A program made the position numbers and the translations under genes. Under the pieces are notes generated by a model. That model worked only from the letters and a program-made list of their open reading frames with translations, did not search any database and was not told the origin of the DNA. This document shows positions 28,981 through 38,232 of a stretch of 63,383 nucleotides of DNA, in pieces (position 1 is the first letter of the stretch; every line of letters begins with the position of its first letter). This DNA is from an uncultured Sulfurimonas sp. (lineage in GTDB: Bacteria > Campylobacterota > Campylobacteria > Campylobacterales > Sulfurimonadaceae). The stretch is from contig CAYRVR010000001.1 in NCBI GenBank assembly GCA_964427835.1, positions 1 through 63,383 of the forward strand, written 5' to 3'.

Positions 28981-30405
28981 TTATTTTTCGTGAACTGGAT
29001 TTTTTCCAGTTGTTAGTAAATCTTTTGCTAAGAAAAAGAAACCTATAAATGTTACGACACCCATGATAAGTCTCCAATCCATTGCCTGTACAAACCACAT
29101 ACCACTTTGCCCATCAAAGTAAGCAGCCCATGTTGCACCCATTTGTGCACGTGAAACAAGTACCTGTACATAACCGGCAATCGTAAGTGCTATTGTCATT
29201 CCGACAACACCACCAGTTATTAAACTCACAGCCCAAATTGATGCACGTGTATTTTTCATTACTTTAATGCCGTTTGTTCCTTGTATTGCAATATACATCA
29301 TCCCAACGAGAATAGTTGCATAAGCACCAAAAAATGCTAAGTGACCATGTGCTGAGGTAAATTGTGTACCATGTGTATAGAGGTTAACTTGTGGCAGTGT
29401 GTGGAAAAATCCCCAAATACCAGCACCTAAAAAGTTACCAAATGCATTAAGGACAAACCAAGTAAACGCAGGTTTATTGTTAATAACAGAGGCACTATTC
29501 CCTTTTTCTTCTTCTGCTCCTTGTGTTTTACCCCAGTCATAAAGTACGTGGATAAACATAGCAACCAAAGGGAGAGGTTCAAGCGCACTAAAAAGTGCTC
29601 CAATTTCCCACCAGTACTCAGGTGTACCAATCCAGAAATAGTGGTGTCCTAGACCTAAAATACCTGAACCAAAGAGCATTGCAACCTCAATCCATAACCA
29701 CATTTCAACAACTTGACGGTGTGCACCTATCATTTTGATAAGACCATACGCGGCAATTGCACCAACGAAAACTTCCCAAGTAGCTTCAACCCATAAGTGG
29801 ATTACCCACCACCACCAGTATTGGTCAACTGAAATGTTGTCAGTGAAGAACATCCCTGCGAGGTAAAGACCAGCAAAGGCTATCATGTCAGCCATTAAAA
29901 CTGTTACAATACCCGTCTGCTTTCCTTTCATACCAGTAAGGAAAAGATTGCCAACAAAACCAAGTGCAACAACAACAATTCCCCAGTCAGCCCAACGTGG
30001 TGCTTCGATATATTCACGACCTTCTGTAATAAACCAAATTGTAGTAGCATCTGCTTTACCTACTTGAATAAACAAGAAAACTAAAACAACTATGACTATT
30101 GCTAATGCAAAAATCCAAAAGAGTAATTTTCCAACTTTGATACCAACAGTTTCAATACCTGTTTCATCTGGTAATAACCAATAAACTGAACCAAACATTG
30201 CAAAGACCATCCAAACAACAAGTGCATTAATGTGTAAAATTCTTGCAATTGAAAAGTCTAGGATTCCATATAAGAAACCTGGTTCAACATATTGGATTGC
30301 CGCTACAAGACCAAAAAGTAATTGAGCTCCAAACAAAATAGCTGCAAAAGTAAAATACCATGTAGCGAGTTGTTTTGACTCTGATTTTAAGTAACTATTT
30401 GCCAT
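28981..30405 (-). CDS. norB: Nitric oxide reductase large subunit (cNor)
   Basis: ARILHIN, GREYIEAP, WWWVIHLWVEATWE, GLGHHYFWIG, HGHLAFFGAY. Confidence 0.95.
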   Translation of the reverse strand: MANSYLKSESKQLATWYFTFAAILFGAQLLFGLVAAIQYVEPGFLYGILDFSIARILHINALVVWMVFAMFGSVYWLLPDETGIETVGIKVGKLLFWIFALAIVIVVLVFLFIQVGKADATTIWFITEGREYIEAPRWADWGIVVVALGFVGNLFLTGMKGKQTGIVTVLMADMIAFAGLYLAGMFFTDNISVDQYWWWWVIHLWVEATWEVFVGAIAAYGLIKMIGAHRQVVEMWLWIEVAMLFGSGILGLGHHYFWIGTPEYWWEIGALFSALEPLPLVAMFIHVLYDWGKTQGAEEEKGNSASVINNKPAFTWFVLNAFGNFLGAGIWGFFHTLPQVNLYTHGTQFTSAHGHLAFFGAYATILVGMMYIAIQGTNGIKVMKNTRASIWAVSLITGGVVGMTIALTIAGYVQVLVSRAQMGATWAAYFDGQSGMWFVQAMDWRLIMGVVTFIGFFFLAKDLLTTGKNPVHEK

Positions 30406-31081
30406 TTACTGCTCCTTGCATATGTCCAAAATTTCTTGGAAAACCATTTGTATCGATTGAGGACATGTGTTTTAAGAATGCAACCAAACCTTTTGCTTCT
30501 TTTGCAGTAATACCAAGATCTGGCATCATACGTGCATGCGTAGGGTATTGGTCTGGATGTTGTAGGAATTCGGCTATAGCCTCTTCTCTTGTATTTTTTC
30601 CAGTTAATGCTTGCATTGCACCATTTGGACCCCAAGCTGGATCTAACCATGCTTTTGTTAAGTCTGGTGCATAGTATGCCCCATTTCCTAAAAGTGTATG
30701 ACAATCCATACAATTCTTAGCCTGTGAAGCCAATTTCCCTAAGTGAAGTAAAGCTCCTGCTTCTTTTTCCGTATAGTCATCTCTGCCAAAGAATTTTTCT
30801 TTTTCTTTGAAAAGTGAGCCACCTTTACCATCATTACCACCAATAACAGGAACTTCATGACCACGTTTTGCACTCATTTCGTATGTTATTTTATAGTTAA
30901 TAACAGTAGGCCCCGGAACCCTTTTTGTAACACCATTTTGAAGGTCTTTATCATTACCCATTGCAATTTGTGTTGACGTATCAAAAGTCAACCAAATTAA
31001 GAGTAGCGAAGCAAAACCCGTAACCCACGTTGCTGAACGTCGCCAGAAACGATTGTCACTCCATACAGACTTATTAGCCAC
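30395..31081 (-). CDS. norC: Nitric oxide reductase cytochrome c subunit (extended type)
   Basis: N-terminal TM, NCMDCHTLLGNGAYYAPDLTK, RMMP, IDTNGFP. Confidence 0.93.
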   Translation of the reverse strand: MANKSVWSDNRFWRRSATWVTGFASLLLIWLTFDTSTQIAMGNDKDLQNGVTKRVPGPTVINYKITYEMSAKRGHEVPVIGGNDGKGGSLFKEKEKFFGRDDYTEKEAGALLHLGKLASQAKNCMDCHTLLGNGAYYAPDLTKAWLDPAWGPNGAMQALTGKNTREEAIAEFLQHPDQYPTHARMMPDLGITAKEAKGLVAFLKHMSSIDTNGFPRNFGHMQGAVNGK

Positions 31082-31118
31082 TGTATCCTCCTAAAACTTT
31101 TTATTTAAAGATATATTT

Positions 31119-31445
31119 TCAATGTTCATTTTCTTCATGAACTTGATTTTGCATATAATAAACTGCGAATGGAAGTAAAAAAAGTCCAATAGCAGCAACG
31201 ACTAAAGCTTTTGCAGTAAATTCCCCAACATGCATCAAACTTCCCATAAGATATAAACAGTATGCTGTAAGTAACCAAAACATATAAGCAAACACCATGG
31301 TCCATTTTTTGAGTAGTTTTACCTTTACTGCAGTATATATACCTACATAAAATCCTCCAAAAACTAATACAAGCGCAGAAGAAACAAAGATAGGTAAAAA
31401 GTCATCAAGTGCAATTGCTGGTCTTATAACTGACGGGTCTATCAT
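31119..31445 (-). CDS. Small 3-TM protein, first gene of the nor operon
   Basis: AGGAG RBS, three hydrophobic helices, lies between the Fnr-type promoter and norC. Confidence 0.75.
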   Translation of the reverse strand: MIDPSVIRPAIALDDFLPIFVSSALVLVFGGFYVGIYTAVKVKLLKKWTMVFAYMFWLLTAYCLYLMGSLMHVGEFTAKALVVAAIGLFLLPFAVYYMQNQVHEENEH

Positions 31446-31488
31446 TATATTCTCCTATAAACTTAATTGGATTTTAGAATCATTATGT

Positions 31489-31530
31489 AGTGTAATAGGT
31501 TTCTAAATAAATAAGATTGATTTATATCAA
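31489..31530 (-). promoter_or_regulatory. Fnr/Dnr/NssR box (TTGATttatATCAA) plus -10 TACACT for the nor(-nirS) operon
   Basis: Palindrome 31517-31530; minus-strand TACACT at 31489-31494; 22 nt spacer. Confidence 0.85.
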
Positions 31531-31604
31531 GTAGATTGTAAAAAAGGGAGTTTTTTCGTTTTTTTGTGAAGAAAGTAACACTCTTTCATGAGCTAATATG
31601 AATT

Positions 31605-32699
31605 TTATTTTTCAATATATTCATGAATAGCTTTGAGTGTTTGTTTCAATGTTTGGCTATACTGTTGGAGTTTTTCTTGTGAAATTCTATTTTCTTCTTT
31701 GAGAAGTTCTTTTATGTTTTTTGCAATATTATAGAGTGCGGTAGCACCTAAATTTGAAGAAACACCCATAATGTCAAGGAGTAAATTGTCTGCTTCATTT
31801 ATTTTATTTTCTTTGAGGAGTATAGATAAGGCTTCATCTGAGTGCTGATAATCTGCGATAAATTCATTCAATATTTCTTTGTAAAACTCTCTATCATCAC
31901 CACAAACCCCCAATCCCTCTTGTGTATCGAGGATTGTGTCGGTAGAGGTATCTTCTATTACCTCTTTTGGTTTTTGTGTTTCTTGCGTATTATAAGCATA
32001 TAAAATATCGTAGAGTGCATCCATATTTAAAGGTTTTGCCAATGTTTCACTCATACCGGCATCTTTCATTTTTTTAACATCATCACTTGCAGTATCACCA
32101 CTAAGTGCTATGACAACAATATGGTCATATTCCTCATTTTTTCTTATAATCTTTGTTGCCTCAAAACCATCTATGTTTGGCATATGTGCATCCATAAGAA
32201 TAAGCATGAAATTGGTGTCATTTTCTAAGATATTAAGGACCTCCTGACCGTCATTTGCGACAACGATTTCCATGCCACTTTCACCTAAAAGTCCTAAAAT
32301 AACTTTTTGATTAATGATATTGTCCTCAGCAAGTAAAATGCGTTTTCCTTTGAATTTTGAAAAATCCTCTTTTTTTATTTTGCCGTGCGGAGGAACTACT
32401 TTTTTATGAAATTGTTTTGAAGAACTTTTTTCTTTTATTTCATCTGTTTTTTCTTCTATCTCATGTTCTTCTTCTTTCTTTTCTTCTTCTTTAAAATCTA
32501 TGTCATATATATCTTGTGTATCTGTAGTGGTTTTTGGATGTTGGGATTCATACTCATCAACAACAGCGGGTTGTATTTCTAAAAGTGTATCTTTTGTTTT
32601 TGGAGATTTTTTGAATAAGAAGTAAATTACAACAAACAGGATTACAATTAATATTGCAATGATTTCAAGCTGATATTGCGTTAAAAAATGAAACGACAT
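31605..32699 (-). CDS. Membrane-anchored response regulator receiver with C-terminal Hpt-like domain
   Basis: N-terminal TM, acidic linker, ILLAEDN..ILMDAHMP.IDG..ALSG..LAKP receiver, then LD...GL..CGDD.EFY..IL Hpt-like region. Confidence 0.8.
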   Translation of the reverse strand: MSFHFLTQYQLEIIAILIVILFVVIYFLFKKSPKTKDTLLEIQPAVVDEYESQHPKTTTDTQDIYDIDFKEEEKKEEEHEIEEKTDEIKEKSSSKQFHKKVVPPHGKIKKEDFSKFKGKRILLAEDNIINQKVILGLLGESGMEIVVANDGQEVLNILENDTNFMLILMDAHMPNIDGFEATKIIRKNEEYDHIVVIALSGDTASDDVKKMKDAGMSETLAKPLNMDALYDILYAYNTQETQKPKEVIEDTSTDTILDTQEGLGVCGDDREFYKEILNEFIADYQHSDEALSILLKENKINEADNLLLDIMGVSSNLGATALYNIAKNIKELLKEENRISQEKLQQYSQTLKQTLKAIHEYIEK

Positions 32700-32801
32700 G
32701 AAAATTCCTCAGTATATGTTTAGGTAATGATACAGTATGAAAAATTAAACTTAAATCAAAGTTGCTGTATAATAAGGTTAATATTGATAATAAGGTTGAC
32801 T

Positions 32802-33725
32802 TTGCAAGAAATTCCTCATATTCCGGTTTTATATAGAGAAGTAGTAGATGCATTTGCAGATGTGGGTGAAGGTATAGTTATTGATTGTACGATGGGATAT
32901 GCGGGACACTCCTCTTTACTCCTTGAAGCAAATCCAAATATTAGGCTTATTGGGATAGACCAAGACCAGACTGCCATTGACTTTTCCACAAAGCGTTTAG
33001 AAAAATATGCAGATAGAGTGAGCATAAAAAAAGGGCGTTTTTCTACTGTTATGCAGGAAATACTCAAAGAGGTAAACGCAGCGGATATCAAGGGAATACT
33101 TGCTGACATTGGTGTTTCTTCTTTACAACTTGATCAAAAAGAGAGAGGATTTTCATACGAGAGTGATACGCTTGATATGCGTATGGACAAAGGGGCACCT
33201 TTAAGTGCATCAAATGTTGTAAATGAATACTCTCAAAAAGAGCTTGAAAATATTTTGTTAGAGTATGGTGAGTTAAGAAATTACAAAAAGATCGCAGATG
33301 TTATTGTGCAAAATCGTCCATTTATATCAGCAAAAGAGCTCAGTGAAACGCTCAAACCGTATATGCCACGAGGAAAAAAAATACATCCTGCAACGCTTTT
33401 AATGCAAGCAATACGTATAGAAGTAAATGATGAGCTTGGCGAGTTAAAGAATTTGCTTAAGACAATTGAAGAGGCAAAACTTCCAAATGCACGGGTAGCT
33501 ATTATCTCTTTTCACTCTTTAGAAGACAGAATAGTGAAAAAAGAATTTGCAAAATGGGCAAAATCGTGTATTTGTCCTCCTGAAGCCTTTCGTTGTACTT
33601 GTGGGAATGATCATCAGTTAGGAAAAATTATTACAAAGAAACCAATAATGGCACAAAAAGATGAGCTCCATGACAATGCAAGAAGCAGGAGTGCAAAAAT
33701 GAGACTTTTTCAAATGGATATGTAA
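32802..33725 (+). CDS. rsmH: 16S rRNA m4C1402 methyltransferase
   Basis: HIPVL, DCTMGYAGHS, DIGVSSLQLD, LDMRMD, QAIRIEVN.EL, ISFHSLEDR, RSRSAK; TTG start at 32802 preferred. Confidence 0.95.
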   Translation: MQEIPHIPVLYREVVDAFADVGEGIVIDCTMGYAGHSSLLLEANPNIRLIGIDQDQTAIDFSTKRLEKYADRVSIKKGRFSTVMQEILKEVNAADIKGILADIGVSSLQLDQKERGFSYESDTLDMRMDKGAPLSASNVVNEYSQKELENILLEYGELRNYKKIADVIVQNRPFISAKELSETLKPYMPRGKKIHPATLLMQAIRIEVNDELGELKNLLKTIEEAKLPNARVAIISFHSLEDRIVKKEFAKWAKSCICPPEAFRCTCGNDHQLGKIITKKPIMAQKDELHDNARSRSAKMRLFQMDM

Positions 33726-34003
33726 TGAGTGAAAAGAATGAATTATTAGAAGAAGTTGATGGACTCTTTCAATCTAAACGCAGCCTAAACTTTAACTACT
33801 TTTTAACTGTTTTTTTAGCTATTGTATTTGTTGGAATGTTTGCATTTCCTAAAATTTATATAACAGAGCAAATTTACTTTAAGAGTAGGGATATTGCAAA
33901 ATTAAAAGTAGAGTATGATACGCTCAAAGAAGAACATAAACTCATTAGTACCTCTGTAGAGAAAATGAAATTTAAAAACCAAATCTTAGATACACTTTTT
34001 TAA
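33725..34003 (+). CDS. ftsL: FtsL-like cell division protein
   Basis: Single TM + coiled coil, directly after rsmH (TAATG overlap). Confidence 0.6.
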   Translation: MSEKNELLEEVDGLFQSKRSLNFNYFLTVFLAIVFVGMFAFPKIYITEQIYFKSRDIAKLKVEYDTLKEEHKLISTSVEKMKFKNQILDTLF

Positions 34004-34016
34004 ACGAGGAAAACAA

Positions 34017-37000
34017 GTGATTAGAAAATTTATAGCATTTGCTATTGAAAAGCCACTCCTAAATCATATACTGTTGATTTTTATACTCATGCTATCCATA
34101 TTTGCTTACATAAATATTCCAAAAGAGATATTTCCACCAATGAATATGGACAAAATTACCATTAAAGGTGGCTATCCCGGAACATCAGCAGATGTCTTAG
34201 ATAAAATGGTTGTGCAGACCATTGAAGATGATTTACAAAACATTGATGCACTCAAAGAGATTAAGAGTAGTATAAAAAATGGTTCTTTTATCATTACTTC
34301 TGAAATTAAGAATGGTTCTAATAATATCCGTGTTTTAAGTGATGTAAAAGATGTCATAAGCAGTGTGAAAAAAGATTTACCTGCTGATATGAATGAGCCA
34401 ATAGCAAAAATTAAAACACATGCCTTTCCACTTGTTCTTATTGCACTTTCGGGAAATGTTCCTACAAAAGAGTTACTCGATAGAGCAGATGAACTTAAAA
34501 GTGAACTGAGTAAGTTTAAAGCACTGAGTGACATTACAATTAGAGGAGATGCCAAAGAAGAACTAGACATTACGCTCAATCCTCAAAAAATACGAGCATA
34601 TGGACTCTCCTCATCGGCAGTAGTATCAAAAATCAGTCAAATAAGCTCTATTTTTCCTATTGGTACGATCAAACAAAAGGCAAACCATCTTTATATCTCT
34701 ACCTACAATGGAGAAAAAACACAAGAAGGAATTGCTGATACTGTTATAGAAATTGGTGATAAACGGGTAAGAATTGGAGATATTGCAAAGGTTGCGTTTA
34801 GGTTGAGTGATGCCGTGGAACTCTCTCATTATAATGGTGTACGTAATATTTCAGTGAATGTTACAAAGAGTAAAGAGGGTAACGCTATTGCTCTTGTACG
34901 TGATATTCGTCAATTATTAAAAGAACAAAAAAAGAAGCATCCAAATTTGAATTATAATATCTATACAGATACTTCTGTATGGATTAAAAACCGTTTAAAT
35001 GTTGTTTTTTCTAATATTGTATTTGGCTTGGCACTTGTATTTTTAGCGATGCTTATTTTTATTAACCGGGGGATTGCGTTTGTTGTAGCCCTCGGTATTC
35101 CTGTGAGTTTTATGATTGGACTGATTGTCACTGAAATTTTAGGTGACAGCCTCAATATGCTCTCTCTTTTAGGTGCACTTATAGCGCTTGGAATGTTAGT
35201 GGATGAGGCAATAGTTGTTGCTGAAAATATCTACCGACATCTAGAAGAGGGGATGGATAGAAAAGAGGCAGTTATAAATGGTGCAGCGGAGATGTTTCCA
35301 GCTGTTTTAACTGCAACACTCACTACTGTTTTTGCTTTTTTACCAATGCTGCTTATGACGGGAGAAATGGGTATGTTTATAAAAATAATACCTATTATGA
35401 TAACGGTTTTACTGCTTTCTTCATTGTTTGAAGCATTTTATTTTTTACCTTTACATTCGTATGATTTTTTAAAGGTTTCAAGAGAGGGGAGTTTTACAAA
35501 GCGATTTTGGGATTGGATGTATGCGCATTATAGTCGTGCATTACATTTCTTCTTTAAACGCAAGGGGATTTCACTTTTTATTATAGTTGTTGTAATTTTA
35601 TCTTTAGAATTTATAATGATGAAAAATGCAAAGTTCCAGCTTTTTCCTGACTTTGACAATACACAGATTTATGTGTACGGAAAAGTCAATATTAACAATG
35701 CGCTTGAAGATACAGAAAAAACAGTGACAAAAGTTGAGCAAGAGATACTTAAAAATGTAAAAAAAGAGAATGTCTCCTCTGTTACATCTGTCATTGGCTT
35801 TAAAATGGATGCAAAAAATAGAGCCGAGTTAGGTGAAAATATGTTCCATATATTTATTGATTTGCATGAGAGAGCCCCTGTAAACTTTTTTGATAAATAC
35901 ATCAGTCCTTATCTTTCTATCGAATATGATCCAAATGTGCAGACACGTGATGTTGATGCGAAAGTAATAGCAAAACACTTGAAAAAAGTTTTGAAAAATA
36001 TTCAAGATATGAAAGATAAAAATGGGAAAAAGATTTTTGAAGAGTTTGTTGTTAAAGTACCGGGTGCAGGTGTAATAGCACATGATGTTGAAATAGGACT
36101 CAGCTCGAAAGACTCTAAAGATGTCGTGCCATATCTCAAAACACTTGAAGAGAAACTCTCTGCTATTCATGGCGTGAGTAATATAGTTGATGACGCTGTT
36201 TTAGGGGAAAAAGAGTTAAAGTTACGTGTCAATAAATATGGTCAAGAACTTGGTTTTAATGAACAGACACTTTCAAATGCATTACGTGCTTACTATTTAA
36301 AAGGCGAATATGGCAAACTTTTTAACAAAAAGGGTTTAGTACGTATTCGTATAGAAAGTAATTTAGACAAGCAGATAGCGTCAATCAATCAAGTTGAGTT
36401 ACCAGTTGGTAATAGTGGAAAATATGTTGCTTTAAGTGATATATGTGATTACTCTTATAGACAAAGTTATGTGAGTATTAAAAAAGAAAATGCTAAACGT
36501 GTGCGAAGTCTTTATGCTTCTATAGACAAAAAAGTGATTACCTCTTCAGAAGTAATGAATAAAATTAGACCTTACCTCAAAACACTGCAAAAACAAGGAA
36601 TAATAGTTACTATTAAAGGAGAGGAGAAGGAAAATAATAAAAATAAAAGAGAGATGATGCAATCTGGACTTATTGCAATTTTTCTTATTTTTATAACGCT
36701 TGTATGGCTCTTTGACTCTATTAAAAAATCACTTATAGTTATTAGTACAATTCCTCTTGTCTTGCTTGGTGTTTATGTTGGTCATTGGCTGATGAATTTG
36801 AATCTTACTATGCCGGGCTTAATCGGTATTGTTGGACTTGCTGGTGTTGTTGTCAATGATGGTCTTATTATGGTTGATTTTATAAAAAAAGCAAAAGATA
36901 CAGAGGAGTTAATGCGTCGTGCAAAAACACGGTTACGTCCAATCTTACTTACTTCCTTAACAACGGTATTAGGCTTATTAACACTTATTTTCTTTGCTTC

Positions 37001-37136
37001 TGGGCAGGCAAAAATACTGCAACCTATGGCCATCTCTTTAGGATATGGTATTGCTTGGGCAACGGTACTTAACCTTATTTATGTACCACTACTTTATGCA
37101 GTTGTGTATAAAATTAAACCACCAAAAAAAGGATAA
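34017..37136 (+). CDS. RND family (AcrB/CusA-like) transporter permease
   Basis: 1039 aa, GMLVDEAIVVAENI, GVVVNDGLIMVD, RLRPILLTSLTT. Confidence 0.9.
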   Translation: MIRKFIAFAIEKPLLNHILLIFILMLSIFAYINIPKEIFPPMNMDKITIKGGYPGTSADVLDKMVVQTIEDDLQNIDALKEIKSSIKNGSFIITSEIKNGSNNIRVLSDVKDVISSVKKDLPADMNEPIAKIKTHAFPLVLIALSGNVPTKELLDRADELKSELSKFKALSDITIRGDAKEELDITLNPQKIRAYGLSSSAVVSKISQISSIFPIGTIKQKANHLYISTYNGEKTQEGIADTVIEIGDKRVRIGDIAKVAFRLSDAVELSHYNGVRNISVNVTKSKEGNAIALVRDIRQLLKEQKKKHPNLNYNIYTDTSVWIKNRLNVVFSNIVFGLALVFLAMLIFINRGIAFVVALGIPVSFMIGLIVTEILGDSLNMLSLLGALIALGMLVDEAIVVAENIYRHLEEGMDRKEAVINGAAEMFPAVLTATLTTVFAFLPMLLMTGEMGMFIKIIPIMITVLLLSSLFEAFYFLPLHSYDFLKVSREGSFTKRFWDWMYAHYSRALHFFFKRKGISLFIIVVVILSLEFIMMKNAKFQLFPDFDNTQIYVYGKVNINNALEDTEKTVTKVEQEILKNVKKENVSSVTSVIGFKMDAKNRAELGENMFHIFIDLHERAPVNFFDKYISPYLSIEYDPNVQTRDVDAKVIAKHLKKVLKNIQDMKDKNGKKIFEEFVVKVPGAGVIAHDVEIGLSSKDSKDVVPYLKTLEEKLSAIHGVSNIVDDAVLGEKELKLRVNKYGQELGFNEQTLSNALRAYYLKGEYGKLFNKKGLVRIRIESNLDKQIASINQVELPVGNSGKYVALSDICDYSYRQSYVSIKKENAKRVRSLYASIDKKVITSSEVMNKIRPYLKTLQKQGIIVTIKGEEKENNKNKREMMQSGLIAIFLIFITLVWLFDSIKKSLIVISTIPLVLLGVYVGHWLMNLNLTMPGLIGIVGLAGVVVNDGLIMVDFIKKAKDTEELMRRAKTRLRPILLTSLTTVLGLLTLIFFASGQAKILQPMAISLGYGIAWATVLNLIYVPLLYAVVYKIKPPKKG

Positions 37137-37138
37137 AA

Positions 37139-37576
37139 ATGAATTTAACAATAAGCCAAGCACAGTTTGGAGTAAGGCCTCCTGTTACAAAACCGATACC
37201 GGAGTTTCTACTTGAAGTAGGCGAAGAGGGTATTCGAGAGTTGATTTCAAAACACTATGATGCCATTAAAGAGAGTGATATTTATCATCTCTTTCCTCAA
37301 GATCCACAAGAGTTTGAAAAGGCAAAAATCAATTCATCTGATTTTTTTATTCAAATTTGTGGAGGAACGCCTCATTTTACAAAAAATAGAGGTGCCCCTC
37401 GAATGATTGGTCGTCATGCTCCTTTTCGCATTGATGCAAAGGCAAGACAAACATGGTTGGAACTCTATAAACCTTTACTCTTAGAACTCAAAGACGAAGG
37501 TGTAACAGAAACCTCTTTATCCTCGTTTTGGAACTACTTAGATATTTTTTCTATTTGGATGATAAATACAAAATAA
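37139..37576 (+). CDS. Truncated (2/2) hemoglobin, group II-like
   Basis: GEEGIRELISKHY, HLFP, DFFIQICGG, GAPRMIGRHAPFRID..ARQTWL. Confidence 0.85.
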   Translation: MNLTISQAQFGVRPPVTKPIPEFLLEVGEEGIRELISKHYDAIKESDIYHLFPQDPQEFEKAKINSSDFFIQICGGTPHFTKNRGAPRMIGRHAPFRIDAKARQTWLELYKPLLLELKDEGVTETSLSSFWNYLDIFSIWMINTK

Positions 37577-37642
37577 TTCTTATTGGCAGTAAGCATTCTA
37601 TAAGGAATCACCTTGTATAATTCCGACCTACCAACAAATAGT

Positions 37643-37719
37643 GGGTTCTTAGCTCAGTTGGTTAGAGCTCTCGGCTCATAACCGAGCGGTCGAGTGTTCG
37701 AGTCACTCAGAACCCACCA
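37643..37719 (+). tRNA. tRNA with CAT anticodon (probably tRNA-Ile2/lysidine; elongator Met not excluded)
   Basis: 77 nt cloverleaf: GGGTTCT/AGAACCC acceptor, D-arm GCTC..GAGC, CTCGG-CTCATAA-CCGAG, GAGTG-TTCGAGT-CACTC, encoded CCA; paired 1:72 and no GGG/CCC anticodon stem, so not initiator. Confidence 0.93.
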
Positions 37720-38140
37720 CTTTCATTTTTAGATGCAAATAATCACTTATAATTTTTCCATGATCAAAAACAAGTTTATCCAGATCAATATTTTCAAGTT
37801 TTACTACCATTGCCTCTTTTGCATCATCTGCTGCTATTGGAAGATGCTTCGCTTTACATATGTAGACAGCTGAGGCCGTATGAAATCTTGGATCTCTTTT
37901 TGGATCAGAGTAAATTCCTAAAAGTTTTTCTATACTTACATCAAGTGTGATCTCTTCTTGCATCTCTCTTTTTAGAGCCGTCTCAACACTCTCTCCTCTA
38001 TCTACAAAACCACCGGGAAGTGCAAGACCTAAAGGTGGATTTTTACGCTCTATAAGGACAATACCTTGAAATAGCTTGTCAATATATATTTCTACAATAC
38101 CATCAACAGTGAGGTATGGAGTTTTAGGTACAAATGCCAT
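37703..38140 (-). CDS. Nudix hydrolase (ADP-ribose pyrophosphatase-like)
   Basis: ALPGGFVDRGESVETALKREMQEE Nudix box, YSDPKRDPR, LVFDH. Confidence 0.9.
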   Translation of the reverse strand: MAFVPKTPYLTVDGIVEIYIDKLFQGIVLIERKNPPLGLALPGGFVDRGESVETALKREMQEEITLDVSIEKLLGIYSDPKRDPRFHTASAVYICKAKHLPIAADDAKEAMVVKLENIDLDKLVFDHGKIISDYLHLKMKVVGSE

Positions 38141-38232
38141 ATGCTTTCCTTGAATTTTTATGCTATTGTAACCTTGTATATGTTAGAATGATGTTAATTT
38201 TTAAACGAATTTAAACGATAAGAGGATAGAAA

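Noticed and set aside
32769-32797. ATAATAAGGTT direct repeat upstream of rsmH
   Set aside because: Only two copies in AT-rich DNA overlapping a likely -10 and RBS; no mraZ nearby; cannot support a function
37643-38140. Genomic island integrated at the tRNA
   Set aside because: No integrase and no duplicated tRNA 3' end (att site) noticed in the window
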